This document shows positions 1 through 10,511 of a stretch of DNA of 64,000 nt, piece by piece; position 1 is the stretch's first letter; the number at the start of each line of letters is the position of its first letter. Origin of the DNA: Campylobacterales bacterium (GTDB taxonomy: Bacteria > Campylobacterota > Campylobacteria > Campylobacterales > Sulfurimonadaceae); the NCBI GenBank assembly GCA_038205935.1, contig JBBRBK010000005.1, forward strand, positions 4,704-68,703. The letters are read 5' to 3'. The notes beneath the pieces are model-generated. The model worked only from the letters and a program-made list of their open reading frames with translations, ran no database searches and was not told the DNA's origin. Position numbers and translations under genes: made by a program.

Positions 1-793
1 TAGGTTCAGAACGCCCTACATCCCAAAGTCTTGCCATACTTGTGATAGCGAGGTCATCTGCAAACTGTTCTTTGAAAAGTGCCGAGTTTTCATCCGTCGC
101 TTCTTGAAACTTTGCAATTGCTTGTGCAACTTTTTCCTCATAAAATCCACCCATAAGAATAGCTACGTCTTCGATGGCATCTGCTGGAGTCGCACCATTG
201 ATGACACGATGCGTCACACGAGCAAAAAACTCACCGCCGCCAAGCGCGTGCGTATTTTTATGTGTAAACATCGTTTTTCTTGCAACATCCACAAGCTCAT
301 CTTCTGTATCATAATAACCATGCGCGCTCACATGTCGGATGGCCATAGCGTTTGAGATACCGCCAAGATGCGTCACAGGATAGTTAGCCTTTACCTGAGC
401 ATAGGTTTCTTTTGTCATCGTACATATCCAAGAACCCCAGCCATTTTCAAGACGATTCATCCAGTGAGGTAACATGTCAGATACTTCAAAAGCTCTTTTT
501 GGCTCAGAGATTGAAGCCAAATGCTCTAAAACTAAAATATTATAATCTCCATAATCCGTCGTGCCACCGGCTTTTTTGCCTGGATGATAGTTTCGCTCTC
601 CCCAGCCGATGCCGTGAGTTTGTCCGCCCATCATCTCCCCTGGTGACATAAACTTTTCTATAGGTTTATCTCCATAAGCCTTAAAAATCTTTTGTGCGTC
701 ATACTCATAATGGCTTCCCAAACAAAGCGCATCTCCCACAATAGCACCAAAAAATGCACCTTTTATTCTCTCTTCTTTTGAAATAGTATTCAT
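1..793 (-). CDS. ADP-ribosylglycohydrolase family protein (N-terminal part; gene runs off the left edge)
   Basis: Not in the ORF track because there is no stop in the window. Manual reverse translation from the ATG at 793-791 gives MNTISKEERIKGAFFGAIVGDALCLGSHYEYDAQKIF...GGQTHGIGWGERNYHPGKKAGGTTDYGDYN... The frame stays open to position 1. The GAxxGDALG-type N-terminal motif is typical of the DraG/ARH family. GAGGA lies 7 nt upstream of the ATG. Confidence 0.6.
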   Translation of the reverse strand, partial: MNTISKEERIKGAFFGAIVGDALCLGSHYEYDAQKIFKAYGDKPIEKFMSPGEMMGGQTHGIGWGERNYHPGKKAGGTTDYGDYNILVLEHLASISEPKRAFEVSDMLPHWMNRLENGWGSWICTMTKETYAQVKANYPVTHLGGISNAMAIRHVSAHGYYDTEDELVDVARKTMFTHKNTHALGGGEFFARVTHRVINGATPADAIEDVAILMGGFYEEKVAQAIAKFQEATDENSALFKEQFADDLAITSMARLWDVGRSEP

Positions 794-904
794 AATTTTA
801 TCCTCAATATTTTTTTGCATTGTAACTTTTGGAGTATTTAATAAAAGAGATAAATCCAAGAGCTCCCATTTGGCTTAGAAATATTTAAGAAGCGTAGAAA
901 AACT

Positions 905-916
905 CTTACATGTAAG
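905..916. repeat. CTTACATGTAAG palindrome in the divergent promoter region
   Basis: Exact 12-bp palindrome read in the intergenic region 794-981. Confidence 0.9.
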
Positions 917-981
917 GGTTTTTAAACCTCACCTAAAGCCAAAATAACATAAAATACGCATAATTAATTCAAGGAACTAAA

Positions 982-2220
982 ATGCCGTTTTCCAAACTGG
1001 GACTTTCACCAAAAATAGAACTAGCAGTTGCTAAAAGCGGTTTTACTACTCCGACACCTATTCAAGAAAAAGTGATTCCTCTTGTACTTGACGCTCAAGA
1101 TATTATGGCAAGAGCTCAGACGGGAAGTGGAAAGAGTGCCAGTTTTGTTCTACCTATCTTGGAGCTTTTATCTCGCAAACCTTATGAGGGAAAAGCGAAG
1201 ATAAAGGTGCTTGTTCTCACGCCGACACGCGAACTCACTTTACAAATTGCCGAGGCGTTTAATACCTTTGGAGCTTTTTTAGATAAAAAACCAAAAGTCG
1301 TCGGCGTTATCGGTGGGGAGGGGATTGGCGATCAGCTTTTTGAGATACAAAAAGGGTGTGATATCTTAGTCGCCACATCAGGAAGATTTCTCGATATCCT
1401 CTCTAAAAAGCAAATGAATCTTTCGCATTTGGAATTTTTTGTCCTTGATGAAGCAGATAAGATGCTTGATCTTGGATTTGCCGAAGAACTTGAACTCATC
1501 CTTGAAGCCATTCCACAAAAACGCCAAAATCTCCTTTTTTCTGCGACGTATCCACAAAAGATGCTTTCCATCGCTTCAAGAATTACACAAAGCGCCGTAG
1601 AAGTCAGTATAGAAAATGAAGAGCCAACAGTACAAAATATCACTCAGCGCGCCATAGAAGTCAACCACGAAAACAGAGGTCCACTTCTACGCCATCTTCT
1701 AAATACCAATAAATGGGAACTCGTGCTTGTTTTTATGTCTAGCAAAAGAGCTGCTGAAAACATCGCTCAAAAGTTTAAAAAGCACGGATTTAAAGCAGAA
1801 TCATTTCACGGTGATTTGGAACAAGAAGATAGAAATTACACCATTGACGCCTTTAAAGCAAAAAAACTCAATCTCCTTTTTGCCACCGATCTCGTGGCTC
1901 GTGGTCTTGATATAGAAAATATAGATTGTGTCATTAACTTTGACCTTCCACGCTCGCCAGCTGACTATATCCACCGCATCGGAAGAACTGCAAGAGCTGG
2001 AAAAAGTGGAACTGCCATCTCATTTGTGGGTCTTGAAGATGCTGAACACTTTCATTTAATAGAAAAACGCTCACAAATTAAACTTCGAAGAGAGCAGATA
2101 GAAGGTTTTGAGCTTGTCGGAGAACTGGTAAAAAAAGAAAAAGGCCCCGCTCCAGTAAAAGGAAAAGGCAAAAGTAAAAAAGACAAGTTGAGAGAAAAAG
2201 CGGCACAAGAGGGAAAGTAG
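982..2220 (+). CDS. DEAD-box ATP-dependent RNA helicase
   Basis: Helicase motifs read in order: AQTGSGKS (I), PTRELT (Ia), VLDEADKM (II), SAT (III), HRIGRTARAG (VI). Lys-rich C-terminal tail. Confidence 0.9.
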   Translation: MPFSKLGLSPKIELAVAKSGFTTPTPIQEKVIPLVLDAQDIMARAQTGSGKSASFVLPILELLSRKPYEGKAKIKVLVLTPTRELTLQIAEAFNTFGAFLDKKPKVVGVIGGEGIGDQLFEIQKGCDILVATSGRFLDILSKKQMNLSHLEFFVLDEADKMLDLGFAEELELILEAIPQKRQNLLFSATYPQKMLSIASRITQSAVEVSIENEEPTVQNITQRAIEVNHENRGPLLRHLLNTNKWELVLVFMSSKRAAENIAQKFKKHGFKAESFHGDLEQEDRNYTIDAFKAKKLNLLFATDLVARGLDIENIDCVINFDLPRSPADYIHRIGRTARAGKSGTAISFVGLEDAEHFHLIEKRSQIKLRREQIEGFELVGELVKKEKGPAPVKGKGKSKKDKLREKAAQEGK

Positions 2221-2330
2221 AGCTCCGAATTTTCATTAAGCTTTTAAGCTAATTTCACACCCATCAAACAAAAATTCCAACTCGTCTGAGGGCTCTTTAT
2301 AGAGAAGTGGACTATCTAAATCTATGTACT

Positions 2331-2987
2331 TTATAACATCTCACAAGGCGCTTCTTTAAAACCTTTAATATTCGCTCGTAATTCCTTCATAAAACGCACT
2401 CCTGGATCACGCTTTTCGGTTCTATATGTTTTATCTACTTCAAGCCATAAAGCAGTTTTATCAAAACATTTATACTCTTGATGTCCCGCAACATATTCAA
2501 TGGTACTAAATTTCTTTTTCAAGTAATTTACTAAAAAAATATTTGCTTGTAACTGCTGCGGAGTTAAATTATCTTTCTCCTTTTCTCCACCTACATTTTC
2601 AATGCCAATAGAGCTGTAGTTGAGTCCAATGACATGGCGTGCCATAAAATCAAGTGGCATCAATTGATGAATAGTTCCATTTTGTTCAACAAGGAAGTGA
2701 GTAGAGACATTTAACATGCCACCTTTTTTTATAAGAGGTCTATCTGAGGGAAGTTCACTTGACATAAAGCGCTTCAATGTTTTTTTATAGCTATCTAGCG
2801 CGGTGTAGTGAATAAGAATGATTTTAGGAACGATCTTGATATCTGTCACATTCAAATTATAGTGTGCTTTTATATACTCTTTTGTGAGAGCTATTCGTTC
2901 CTCATCAAAAGGAATGGGAGTTTGAATTATCTCAAAAGCGAAGAGCGTAAAGGGTGTTATTAAGAGCATAAAGAGGAATTTTTTCAT
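2331..2987 (-). CDS. Secreted N-acetylmuramoyl-L-alanine amidase (amidase_2 / AmpD-like fold)
   Basis: Signal peptide MKKFLFMLLITPFTLFA. IHYTA, SIGIENVG and GHQEY blocks resemble the zinc amidase_2 family. Confidence 0.6.
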   Translation of the reverse strand: MKKFLFMLLITPFTLFAFEIIQTPIPFDEERIALTKEYIKAHYNLNVTDIKIVPKIILIHYTALDSYKKTLKRFMSSELPSDRPLIKKGGMLNVSTHFLVEQNGTIHQLMPLDFMARHVIGLNYSSIGIENVGGEKEKDNLTPQQLQANIFLVNYLKKKFSTIEYVAGHQEYKCFDKTALWLEVDKTYRTEKRDPGVRFMKELRANIKGFKEAPCEML

Positions 2988-3166
2988 AAAAAAATTGTAG
3001 CATAGTTTAGAAAGTTTTCATTACAAATTGAGGTGTAATAGAAATTTAGATATTGGTTCAAAAACCAAGCAATTCAAAGCATCTTAATGATAAAATAAAA
3101 ACCATATTATTTTCTAAGAAAAATTACACTATAACCCGACTAACACTTACAAACTAAGGGCAAAAA

Positions 3167-4435
3167 ATGCTTATACCAACAAATCTATTGCAAGACAAAA
3201 AAATTCTTTTAGGCGTCACTGGTTCTATCGCTATTTATAAGTCTCTCGAACTTATTCGTCTTCTTACAAAAGCGGGCGCAAACGTCAAAGTTGTGATGAC
3301 TGAAGCGGCGAAAAAGTTTATCACTCCTCTTACTTTTGAGACACTTTCTGGCAATAAAGTGCTTGATGAGCAGAGTGAATCTTGGGCGGACGATCATAAC
3401 CATATTAAAACAACTGAGTGGGCAGATCTTTTTGTCATCGCTCCAGCAAGCGCAAACACCATCGCAAAACTTGCAAACGCCATCGCTGATAATATGCTTC
3501 TTCAATGCGCCCTTGCCTATCCTGACAAGAAGATTGTAGCGCCCTCAGCAAACACAAATATGCTCAGCCATCCAATCACTCAAGCAAACCTCAAAATGCT
3601 TGGCATTGCACATTATGAGATTATCAAGACTCAGACAAAAGAGCTTGCATGTAAGACTGTCGGTGATGGCGCTATGGCTGAACCGATCGAAGTTTTTTGG
3701 CATATCGCTAAAGAGCTGCTTAAAGAGGATTTTTGGGAAGATAGACGCGTTATCGTCACAGGTGGCTCAACGGCTGAAAAAATAGATGATGTGCGTTATA
3801 TCTCAAACTTTTCAAGCGGAAAAATGGCTTCGGCTTTGGCTACGGCACTTTTTTGTAAAGGCGCGGATGTAAACCTCATCGCTACAAAATTTGATACTGA
3901 TTTGCCACTTGCCATGCATAAAATCGATGTAGATTCAACAGAGGAGATGCTTGAGTTTGTCGTAGACTCTGTGCGTATCGCAAAAAAAGGAAAACTCTCT
4001 AAACCTTCACTCATCCTAGATAGACCAATAGAACTGATCCAAAAAGAGCCATATCTATTTATGGCGGCAGCTGTGAGCGACTATATTCCTGTATTTGCTC
4101 AAAGTGGCAAACTCAAAAAAGAGATGCTCGGCAAATCGTGGAATATAGAGATGAAACAAAATATCGATATATTAAAAACTATCAATAAAGATGGGATTAA
4201 AGTTGTAGGGTTTAAAGCAGAGATGGACGCTCAAAACGCTAAAGAAAATGCAACTTCAATGCTAGAAAGAAAAGGTGTTGACGCGGTTTGCCTCAATATT
4301 TTAACAGACGATAAAAGCTTCGGAACTGATGATAATGAGGTAGAATTTATTACTCAAAATGGTTCAGCTTTACTTCCTAGAGCAGATAAACTTTCCCTCT
4401 CATTTGAGATACTTAAAAACGCAAAAGAGCTATGA
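3167..4435 (+). CDS. coaBC: Bifunctional phosphopantothenoylcysteine decarboxylase / phosphopantothenate-cysteine ligase
   Basis: N-terminal flavoprotein motif KKILLGVTGSIAIYK. CoaB motif ISNFSSGKMA. Length 422 aa. Confidence 0.9.
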   Translation: MLIPTNLLQDKKILLGVTGSIAIYKSLELIRLLTKAGANVKVVMTEAAKKFITPLTFETLSGNKVLDEQSESWADDHNHIKTTEWADLFVIAPASANTIAKLANAIADNMLLQCALAYPDKKIVAPSANTNMLSHPITQANLKMLGIAHYEIIKTQTKELACKTVGDGAMAEPIEVFWHIAKELLKEDFWEDRRVIVTGGSTAEKIDDVRYISNFSSGKMASALATALFCKGADVNLIATKFDTDLPLAMHKIDVDSTEEMLEFVVDSVRIAKKGKLSKPSLILDRPIELIQKEPYLFMAAAVSDYIPVFAQSGKLKKEMLGKSWNIEMKQNIDILKTINKDGIKVVGFKAEMDAQNAKENATSMLERKGVDAVCLNILTDDKSFGTDDNEVEFITQNGSALLPRADKLSLSFEILKNAKEL

Positions 4436-5184
4436 GCTTTTCCATTAGTGAACTTTCAAATATCTTAAAACTTACCTCAAGCTCTCCTTCTGAGGCAAAA
4501 GCACTTATAAAACTACTCAGTGTTGATGTTACAAAATCTTTGGGTGATGGGAAATATCTTCTTGAAACTCCAACAAAAAGCTTGACTGCTTTTTCTGATA
4601 AACCTCTCCAAGAGAGCTCAAAATATTGGGTAGAACTGGGCACGAAGCCACATGAAACTCCCATAATCTCAAAATTTCACCAACAGCCTAAAATCCTCCA
4701 AGAACTTCAAAATCTGTCTATAAAATTTGATACAAAAGAGCTTCATGAACTTCTAAGCGGTAAAAAAACGATAGAGAGTTTTAAAACAACTCTTTTGGAT
4801 CATCTCTCATCTGCCACGTCAAAAGATGATTTTACTCAAGTTTCAAATCTTCTTTTATCACTTATGCAAAATACTCTCACAATTCCACTTCTTTTTGGGC
4901 ACTCTTTTGGGGTTATTCAAATGAAAAAACGCTACAATAAAACCACAAAAAAATCCCAGCTGGATTTTTACGCAGCCCTTCTAAAACTCGGTCCGATATC
5001 GGGAACTATTATGTTACTAGAAGATGAAATTTTTATAGATTTAGACGTGGCATTTACAACAACTAAACTTTTTTTGGAAGCAAATTTGAAAGATATCAGA
5101 TACAAAATAACCTTACATGTAAGAGAAAATATAGACGCTCTTTATCAGTTTCACACAAACTCACTCTTGGATATCAACGCATGA
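4432..5184 (+). CDS. Hypothetical protein (weak resemblance of the C-terminal part to FliK/Flg_hook-type domains)
   Basis: 250-aa ORF with ATGA overlaps to coaBC upstream and uppS downstream. No motif I can assign with certainty. Confidence 0.5.
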   Translation: MSFSISELSNILKLTSSSPSEAKALIKLLSVDVTKSLGDGKYLLETPTKSLTAFSDKPLQESSKYWVELGTKPHETPIISKFHQQPKILQELQNLSIKFDTKELHELLSGKKTIESFKTTLLDHLSSATSKDDFTQVSNLLLSLMQNTLTIPLLFGHSFGVIQMKKRYNKTTKKSQLDFYAALLKLGPISGTIMLLEDEIFIDLDVAFTTTKLFLEANLKDIRYKITLHVRENIDALYQFHTNSLLDINA

Positions 5185-5858
5185 AACAAGCCTTACATGT
5201 AGCTATTATCATGGATGGAAATGGCCGTTGGGCTGAAGCACGTGGAGAAAAAAGAGTCAAAGGACATGAAGCGGGAGCGAAAATAGTTCGAGAGATCACG
5301 AAATTTTGCTCTAAACATAAAGATATAGAACGTCTCACTTTGTACGCTTTTTCTACAGAAAACTGGAAACGCCCTCGCCTTGAAGTTGAATTTTTAATGA
5401 AACTGCTTGAGCGTTACCTTAAAAATGAGCTCGAAGAGTATGTAAAAAATAATGTTAAATTTGAAGCGATCGGCGATATAAGAGCTTTTTCAAAATCACT
5501 GCAAAAACTAATCAAAAAAGTGGAAGAAAAAACATCTCACTGCGATGGACTTGTGCAAAGTCTAGCGCTCAATTACGGTGCTCATGATGAGATTCTGCGA
5601 GCAATCAATCACCTTAAAAATGAAAAAAAAGATATCACAGAAGAGATGTTTTCTAACGCCCTTGACTGTAAAGATGAAGTAGACATTATGATCCGAACCG
5701 GCGGAGACCATAGAATATCAAACTTTTTACTTTGGCAGCTCTCTTATGCAGAACTTTTTTTCATTGATACACTCTGGCCAGACTTTAATACAGAAGAACT
5801 TGGCAAGATAATAGACCAGTTTAACATAAGAGAACGCAGATTTGGAGGACTTAACTAA
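5181..5858 (+). CDS. uppS: Di-trans,poly-cis-undecaprenyl-diphosphate synthase
   Basis: IIMDGNGRWA, FSTENWKRP and RTGGDHRISNFLLWQLSYAELFF motifs. Confidence 0.92.
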   Translation: MKQALHVAIIMDGNGRWAEARGEKRVKGHEAGAKIVREITKFCSKHKDIERLTLYAFSTENWKRPRLEVEFLMKLLERYLKNELEEYVKNNVKFEAIGDIRAFSKSLQKLIKKVEEKTSHCDGLVQSLALNYGAHDEILRAINHLKNEKKDITEEMFSNALDCKDEVDIMIRTGGDHRISNFLLWQLSYAELFFIDTLWPDFNTEELGKIIDQFNIRERRFGGLN

Positions 5859-6676
5859 TGGAATTATTTTTACCTTTTCTCTTTGGCACTCTTTTGGGTT
5901 CTTTTTTAAATGTCCTGATCTTGCGGATTCCTCGTGATGAAAACATTGCATTTCCAGCATCTCACTGCTTTACATGTAACACACCGCTGAAGCCTTGGCA
6001 CAATATTCCGCTTTTTTCATGGCTTTTTTTACGCGGAAAATGTGCATTTTGCAAAGCGCCTATCTCTGCACAATATCCCATCATAGAACTTTTAAGCGGT
6101 TTGATCTTTGTTACCATCGCATACAAAATGGGCATCTCGCCTTCCTCTGCATTTGTGGCACTTACTTTTTTGATCTTACTCGCTCTTTCTATGATAGATT
6201 TTAGATATAAAATGGCACCTGACAGTCTCAATCTTCTAGCCATTTTATTTGCTATACTTGGTGCATACTCGTTTTCAATGTTACTGAATAATCTCCAAAA
6301 TGCCTTACTTTTTGCCGGAGGTTTTACCTTGCTTCGCTTTTCACTTTCTTACTTATTGACTTCTATAGCTCATACTAAAGCAAAAAAAACGCAAACTTCA
6401 TGGACAAAAAACTATCATACCTATCCATTTATCGAAGCGATGGGAGAAGCTGATATTATGGTGGCCGCAACGATGGGAGCTCTTTTAGGTGTGAAACTCG
6501 CCCTTGTAGCTATCTTTGTCGCGGCTGTTTTAGCTTTGCCTGTTATGCTCTATGTTCAAGGCAAAAGTCTTGAAGAGCAAAGAGTTCCTTTTATCCCGTT
6601 TTTAGCGATGGGAACCTTTATAACCTATCTTTTAGATTCACAAATCTACGCTTATTTGGAAACACTTTATGCATAA
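5858..6676 (+). CDS. Prepilin peptidase (A24 family, PilD-like)
   Basis: N-terminal CFTCNTPLKPWHNIPLFSWLFLRGKCAFCKAPIS (CxxC...CxxC). Catalytic Asp contexts IDFRYKMAPD and GEADIMV. Polytopic membrane protein. Confidence 0.8.
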   Translation: MELFLPFLFGTLLGSFLNVLILRIPRDENIAFPASHCFTCNTPLKPWHNIPLFSWLFLRGKCAFCKAPISAQYPIIELLSGLIFVTIAYKMGISPSSAFVALTFLILLALSMIDFRYKMAPDSLNLLAILFAILGAYSFSMLLNNLQNALLFAGGFTLLRFSLSYLLTSIAHTKAKKTQTSWTKNYHTYPFIEAMGEADIMVAATMGALLGVKLALVAIFVAAVLALPVMLYVQGKSLEEQRVPFIPFLAMGTFITYLLDSQIYAYLETLYA

Positions 6677-7688
6677 ACTAAGACGCTATATCATTAAGAA
6701 TTTTTCAATTCTTTTTCTATCAATTTTCTTACCACTTTTTGCCATCGCTTCTGTAATCTTTATGATAAAACTAGCAACTTACACGGCCATTATCCAGCTT
6801 ACATTTTTTGAGATGGTCAAACTCTATCTTTTCGTATTACCTGAGATTCTTTTTTATACTCTGCCAATCACATTTTTCATCTCTGCGACGCTCACGCTAT
6901 TTCGACTTTCAAACGATAACGAGATGATCGTGATCTTTGCACTTGGGATAGAACCAGATTTTATTATCAAAACACTTCTTAAACCTGCGATTCTTTTGTG
7001 TGTTTTACTGAGTTTTGATTTTTTCGTCCTTTTTCCCCATGCAACGGTACTTTCAAGCAACTTTGTTTCATACAAAAAAAGCGAAGCAAAATTCAATATC
7101 AAAGCTTCTGAATTTGGAAATAACTTTGGCAACTGGCTTTTGTATGTAGGACATAATAATCCAGATGGAACTTTTGGCGATGTCTTTTTATTTAACAAAG
7201 AAAAGAAAAATGAGATTTTACTAAACGCAAACAAAGCAGAGGTCATTAACCAAAACGGAATCCTAAAACTCAAACTGAGCACCGGCAATGGATACAGTTA
7301 TACGCAAGATACTCTTTCACAAATCGACTATCAAACTATCGTCATCAATGATATGATGAAAACAGATCTGAGTACCTACAGAAAACCTCTTGAGTACTGG
7401 CTCAGCAGTGATAGAGCTGATAGTAAACGTCATATGTTTATCACTGATGTACTCTTAAGTATTTTTCCTATCATCTCTCTCTTTTTTGTAGCGGCTATGG
7501 GGATCGTGCATGCAAGACACCAAAAAAGTTATGTCTATCTCGCGCTCTTCCTTGCTATCGTGATCTATTATGGCGCAACAATCGGGCTTATCGATGTGAT
7601 TGGTTTTTATACTATTCCTGTAGTATTTTTCTTATGGCTGATTGCGACCTATATTATCTATCAAAGAAAGATTGTAGCTCGCTTTTGA
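6669..7688 (+). CDS. LptF/LptG family LPS export permease
   Basis: N-terminus KLRRYIIKNFSILFLSIFLPLF. Three N-terminal TM segments, a periplasmic beta-rich middle and three C-terminal TM segments, which is the YjgP/YjgQ architecture. Confidence 0.75.
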   Translation: MHKLRRYIIKNFSILFLSIFLPLFAIASVIFMIKLATYTAIIQLTFFEMVKLYLFVLPEILFYTLPITFFISATLTLFRLSNDNEMIVIFALGIEPDFIIKTLLKPAILLCVLLSFDFFVLFPHATVLSSNFVSYKKSEAKFNIKASEFGNNFGNWLLYVGHNNPDGTFGDVFLFNKEKKNEILLNANKAEVINQNGILKLKLSTGNGYSYTQDTLSQIDYQTIVINDMMKTDLSTYRKPLEYWLSSDRADSKRHMFITDVLLSIFPIISLFFVAAMGIVHARHQKSYVYLALFLAIVIYYGATIGLIDVIGFYTIPVVFFLWLIATYIIYQRKIVARF

Positions 7689-8410
7689 GAGTAAAAGCTA
7701 CCATAGCCTATAACGGTACAAAGTTTTACGGCTCACAGATTCAAGAGAAAGAGATAACCGTCAACGGCACACTTCAAGAAGTTCTCGCCTCTCTTGGCAT
7801 CCAAACAAAGATAGAAGCTTCAGGGCGCACAGACAGAGGTGTTCACGCTACCGGGCAAGTGATCCACTTTGATCTTCCCCCTTTTTGGACTGATATAAAT
7901 AAACTCCAAGATGTGCTCAATCAAAAACTCCCGACCTCCTTACATGTAAGACAAATCGAAACTGTAAAAGATAACTTTCACGCAAGATACAGCGCTAAGC
8001 GAAGAGTTTATCGTTACATTTTAAAAGAGGGAAAAAGCAATCCTTTTCTAGATGAGTTTGTCACTTTTGTAGAAAAGATTGATATCGAACTGCTTAAAAC
8101 TGCAATAAAAAGTTTTGAAGGAACATACGATTTTCAGGGCTTTTACAAAAAAGGAAGTGACAACAAAACGACCATCCGTACGATTTATAAAGCCACTGCG
8201 TACGAACATAAAGCTTTTACAGTTCTTTACTTTGAAGCAAATGGATTTCTTCGCTCTCAGATACGTTTGATGGTGGGAATGTTACTTGGGTTAAACAGCG
8301 GAAAATATAAAATCGAAGATTTAGAAAATCAACTCTTGTGTAAGCAAAAATTCTCCTTCAAACCAGCCCCGTCAAACGGGCTGTATCTGGCTAAAATCTT
8401 CTATTCGTGA
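7685..8410 (+). CDS. truA: tRNA pseudouridine(38-40) synthase
   Basis: RVKATIAYNGTKFYGSQ and GRTDRGVHATGQVIHF (catalytic Asp) motifs. The ORF-track start 7634 lies inside lptF. An in-frame TTG at 7685 overlaps the lptF TGA and gives a canonical TruA N-terminus. Confidence 0.85.
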   Translation: MRVKATIAYNGTKFYGSQIQEKEITVNGTLQEVLASLGIQTKIEASGRTDRGVHATGQVIHFDLPPFWTDINKLQDVLNQKLPTSLHVRQIETVKDNFHARYSAKRRVYRYILKEGKSNPFLDEFVTFVEKIDIELLKTAIKSFEGTYDFQGFYKKGSDNKTTIRTIYKATAYEHKAFTVLYFEANGFLRSQIRLMVGMLLGLNSGKYKIEDLENQLLCKQKFSFKPAPSNGLYLAKIFYS

Positions 8411-10404
8411 GCGTCTTTACGTTTGTTGAAGTAAGGAATATATTTCGCTGTTTCATAGATCGACTGCGTTAAGTTTTTCATCTTTGCAAAGAGTTCTGGA
8501 TGCTCATTTCTATGATCTACCATCGGATCTTTACTGTGGATATCGTAAAGCCCTTCAAATTTACCAGTTGTTCTGTAGCAGTATTGATCTCCGATGAGTC
8601 CCAAAGTCGGATCTGCTCTATTCATCATTATGTACGCGTAGTGACTATCTTTAAACTTTGGATTAAACACATTGCGTCCCAATGTTGTCGACGTATAGTC
8701 AATTCCTGCAAGTGAAGCGATAGAAGGCACCGCGTCAAGCTCTGACATCACTGTATCGACGACTTTAGGATCTTTTATCATCGGTGAGTAGATCACAAAC
8801 GGAACACGGTAAGAGCCAAGAGCAAGGTTTGAAGTGCTCTCAGCTGGTGGTACATGCTGGGAATAGCCATCTATGCCATGATCTCCCCAAAATACAAAGA
8901 TAGTATTTTTATAATACTCACTTTTTTTAGCCTCTGCCATAAAAAGTCCTACTGAATAATCCAAAAATCTAAATGAGTTATACTCTTCAAGTGAAGCAAA
9001 TCCATATTTTTTCACATCAGCCAAACTCACATCTGTGCGAACTTTAAAACCGTGAGCATTTGTAGGGATCGTGTATGGTCTGTGATTTCCTGAAGTCTGG
9101 ATGATAGCCACAAAAGGCTCTTTTTCTTTAGCCAATACTTTACTTGATTCTATTGCCAGATCTGCATCGGAAATGCCCCAAACATCTGTTCTAGGAGTGC
9201 TGTATCTCTCTTCTTCATACAAATCAAGATTATCCATAGACTCATTGAGCATTCCACGGATATTTCCCCAAGAAGCAGAACCACCGATGAAATAGAGTTT
9301 TTTATAATCTTTAAAATCTTCAAAGATTGAGTGTTGATTTACAATCAATGGATTACGACTTGATGTTCCATGAAGTTCTACATCCGGCAAAGAAGTAAGT
9401 GTCGCATAGATACTTCTAGCTGTTCCAACAGTCGGAGTATAAAAGTTTTTAAAGTACCAACCCTTATCTGCATACTCTTTTAAGTATGGCGAAGGATCGA
9501 GTGGATTTCCTGAAACACTTGATTTATAAGAAGCAAATGATTCCATGATGACAATGACGACATTTGGCTTCGTGCCAACAGTCAAAGTTGGTTTTGCTTC
9601 ACGTTTAAAATTCAAGTTCGCTTTATCTTTATGAACGATTCCAAGATAATCAGCCATCACATCATAATGCTCTTTGACTATCTTTACGTCATACGAAGCA
9701 CGACCATTTTTCCAAGTATCAAAGAAATAGTGTATCGGGTTATAAGTAAGCTGAGCGGCAAAAGGATGTTTAGAAAAAGAAGCATCCGACCAACGTAAAG
9801 GGTATTGGTCAAGTTTTCCCCAACCCGAAGCAAACATAATAAAAAAGCTTACAAAACCGATAATAATTTTAAGTTTCCATGGATATTTTTCTGCTCGAGT
9901 TTTTTGAAGTTTTGAGATATAACCATTGACTAAAAAAAGAAAAAAGGCGATGATAGACAGATAAGCGATAACGATCCAAATAACCGGATAACTCTCCCAA
10001 ACCATCTCCATAGATGTGTTAAAATCAATCAACAATCTTGCTGAAGTAAAGTCAAGTCTAGTCCCTAGATAAGCATAATATCCCACATCTACCGCATAAA
10101 AAAGCATGAAAGCAGCAAACATTACACCCAAATAAGCAAGCCAAAAAGTTTTTGCTTTCTTTACTTTAAACGGCGAAAAAAATGGAATCCAGCCAAGAAA
10201 AAAGAGAGGTGCTGTCATAATGACGATCATACGAAGATCAAATCTACTTCCAAGCCATAAAGACATCCAAAAGTCATAATTGCTTAAATGTGAAAGAGGA
10301 TCAACAAAATAGAAGTAGAATGAAACTCTAAAAAGAGTCAAAAGCAAAGCCATTGCAATAATGAAAACAGTTAAGAAACGAAGTAAACGTGGAATTTTTA
10401 GCAC
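8401..10404 (-). CDS. LTA synthase family / sulfatase-like membrane phosphotransferase (OpgB/LtaS-like)
   Basis: Multi-TM N-terminal domain followed by an alkaline-phosphatase-superfamily domain (VVIVIMESFASYKS ... PTVGTARS ... GDHG). GTG start at 10404; alternative starts are possible. Confidence 0.7.
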   Translation of the reverse strand: MLKIPRLLRFLTVFIIAMALLLTLFRVSFYFYFVDPLSHLSNYDFWMSLWLGSRFDLRMIVIMTAPLFFLGWIPFFSPFKVKKAKTFWLAYLGVMFAAFMLFYAVDVGYYAYLGTRLDFTSARLLIDFNTSMEMVWESYPVIWIVIAYLSIIAFFLFLVNGYISKLQKTRAEKYPWKLKIIIGFVSFFIMFASGWGKLDQYPLRWSDASFSKHPFAAQLTYNPIHYFFDTWKNGRASYDVKIVKEHYDVMADYLGIVHKDKANLNFKREAKPTLTVGTKPNVVIVIMESFASYKSSVSGNPLDPSPYLKEYADKGWYFKNFYTPTVGTARSIYATLTSLPDVELHGTSSRNPLIVNQHSIFEDFKDYKKLYFIGGSASWGNIRGMLNESMDNLDLYEEERYSTPRTDVWGISDADLAIESSKVLAKEKEPFVAIIQTSGNHRPYTIPTNAHGFKVRTDVSLADVKKYGFASLEEYNSFRFLDYSVGLFMAEAKKSEYYKNTIFVFWGDHGIDGYSQHVPPAESTSNLALGSYRVPFVIYSPMIKDPKVVDTVMSELDAVPSIASLAGIDYTSTTLGRNVFNPKFKDSHYAYIMMNRADPTLGLIGDQYCYRTTGKFEGLYDIHSKDPMVDHRNEHPELFAKMKNLTQSIYETAKYIPYFNKRKDAHE

Positions 10405-10511
10405 TCAAAACCCTTGTAATAATTTTGCTTATTATAGCCCTTTATCGTAAACCTATAAGTATGGTATCAACTATTTGCGTTATAATTTCGAAAAAATTAT
10501 GGAGACTATTT

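Noticed and set aside
2221-2330. Possible bidirectional terminator between the convergent helicase and amidase genes (AAGCTT-containing near-repeat TTAAGCTTTTAAGCTAA).
   Set aside because: No stable GC-containing stem followed by a T-run could be drawn. The repeat is direct rather than inverted.
10389-10404. Head-to-head 16-nt overlap between the ORF-track versions of dnaJ and the divergent LtaS-like gene.
   Set aside because: This is an artefact of taking the longest ORF. The J-domain begins about 40 codons downstream, and an SD-preceded TTG at 10512 gives a normal DnaJ.
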